From positions 1,612,001 through 1,676,000 of the forward strand of contig NC_086101.1 of the NCBI RefSeq assembly GCF_963921235.1: a stretch of 64,000 nucleotides of DNA, written 5' to 3'. Shown in pieces: positions 62,953 to 64,000 of the stretch. The notes under the pieces are model-generated. The model had not been told where the DNA came from, did no database searches, and saw only the letters and a program-made list of their open reading frames with translations. Source of the DNA: Mobula hypostoma. Taxonomy: Eukaryota. Position 1 is the first letter of the stretch. Each line of letters starts with the position of its first letter. Made by a program: the position numbers and the translations under genes.

Positions 62953-63060
62953 TTAAAGCATGCCAGTATCCCATAAGCCAAACATCAGGAAGTGCTACCT
63001 CTGCAGCAGTGGCCTATGTATTTATTTTAGGATTAATATTCATCCTGTTTATTAAATACA
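62953..63060 (+). CDS. Ig/5TM receptor exon 8: loop plus TM5 (IKACQYPISQTSGSATSAAVAYVFILGLIFILFIKY)
   Basis: Acceptor ctatcccaacag|; donor A|gtgagt at 63061; 108 nt, phase 1-1. Confidence 0.82.
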
Positions 63061-63407
63061 GTGAGTACTTATTTTGATTTCGATTAATGTCATGACATTT
63101 CCAGAAAAGGGTTTTATAATGCAGATCAGCTTATACTTTCTTTGCCTGATGTCATATTTATTCCAATATTATTTAAAGATTTGACACACAGAGTTCTTTA
63201 TCCTTTGAGCATCCAGGACAGTCTTCACCCTTTAATATTTTACCCGTAAAATATTTGCCACAATTGCTCCATATCTTAAATCCAAGAAAGAACTTAAACC
63301 ATTAAAACTTTGGCCTACGGCATCTCAGTCAATAAACCTTCAGTCATAACTGCAGGCAATTAGTTCTGCATTTGTCAACTATGTATAGTTGTTTCTATCT
63401 CTTCCAG

Positions 63408-63430
63408 GGATGAGAACAATGTGTCACTAA
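63408..63430 (+). CDS. Possible terminal exon 9: short cytoplasmic tail RMRTMCH*
   Basis: Good acceptor gtttctatctcttccag|; phase-1 joining gives TAA at 63428-63430; the true last exon may instead lie outside the window. Confidence 0.45.
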
Positions 63431-63838
63431 ATTTGTTGTTTTGCAGCTGTAGTACATTGCAATACATAATAATTTTTTTTTAATCTATTAATTACAATAA
63501 GAAATATATATATAAAAAGTTAAATTAAGTAGTGCAAAAAGAGAGTGAGAAAAACAGTGAGGTAGTATATGTGCGTTTATTGTCCATTTAGAAATCCAGC
63601 GGCAGGGGGGTGGAAACTGATCCTGAAACATTCAGCGTGGGGCTTCAGGCTTCTTGATGGTAGCAATGAGAAGAGGGAATATCCAGGGTGATGGGGGCCC
63701 TTACTGATGGATGCCTCCTTTTTGAGGCATCGCCTTTGGAAGGTGCTGGGGAGACGAGTGCCCATGGTGGAGCTGGCCGAGTTTGCTGCTTTCTGCGGCT
63801 TTTTCCCACCCTGTGCAGTGGCCCCTCTGTGCCAGATG
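63424..63838 (-). mobile_element. Rex1-type LINE 3' fragment
   Basis: HHPGYSLFSLLPSRSLKPHAECFRISF; AT-rich tail similar to ~8785-8935. Confidence 0.75.
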
Positions 63839-64000
63839 ATGTGAATGGTCCCCACAGAACTGATAATTGTTGCTCTTGAACCACCTCACGCTTATCTGAG
63901 TTGAACTCCTTCTGCCACTTCTCAGCCCAGTTTTGCATCCTATCAATGTCCCGCTGTAACCTCTGACAGCCCTCCACACTATCCACAACACCTCCAACCT

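Noticed and set aside
1738..63060. Naming the gene CD47, HEPACAM, CEACAM or SLAMF
   Set aside because: Neither the domain architecture nor recognisable sequence fits any one of them fully; gene symbol left empty.

Overview
This is eukaryotic, TE-dense DNA. The repeat families (CR1-type LINEs with (TTCTATGT)n-like tails, Rex1/Babar-type LINEs, Penelope-like fragments, a V-SINE) point to a cartilaginous fish, probably a ray; that assignment is inference. One + strand gene spans nearly the whole window and is not assembled in the ORF track. I read eight exons with canonical GT-AG, all-phase-1 junctions (1738-1780, 2462-2812, 14313-14582, 19119-19235, 19332-19433, 38566-38694, 39690-39770, 62953-63060), plus a possible terminal exon (63408-63430). 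They splice to an uninterrupted 400-407 aa protein: signal peptide, Cys-less CD2/CEACAM-type IgV, IgC2, then five predicted transmembrane helices, one per exon. This is a two-Ig penta-spanning receptor I cannot assign to a named gene; it resembles CD47 in topology only. Its CpG-island promoter carries two RFX X-box matches plus a tandem array of nine X-box-like 14-mers. The introns are mostly nested retroelements: Penelope-derived pieces with minimal hammerhead ribozymes, three solo LTRs with TSDs, a palindromic mariner MITE, a minisatellite born inside a SINE, and large inverted LINE pairs. TE boundaries are approximate unless TSDs are quoted.
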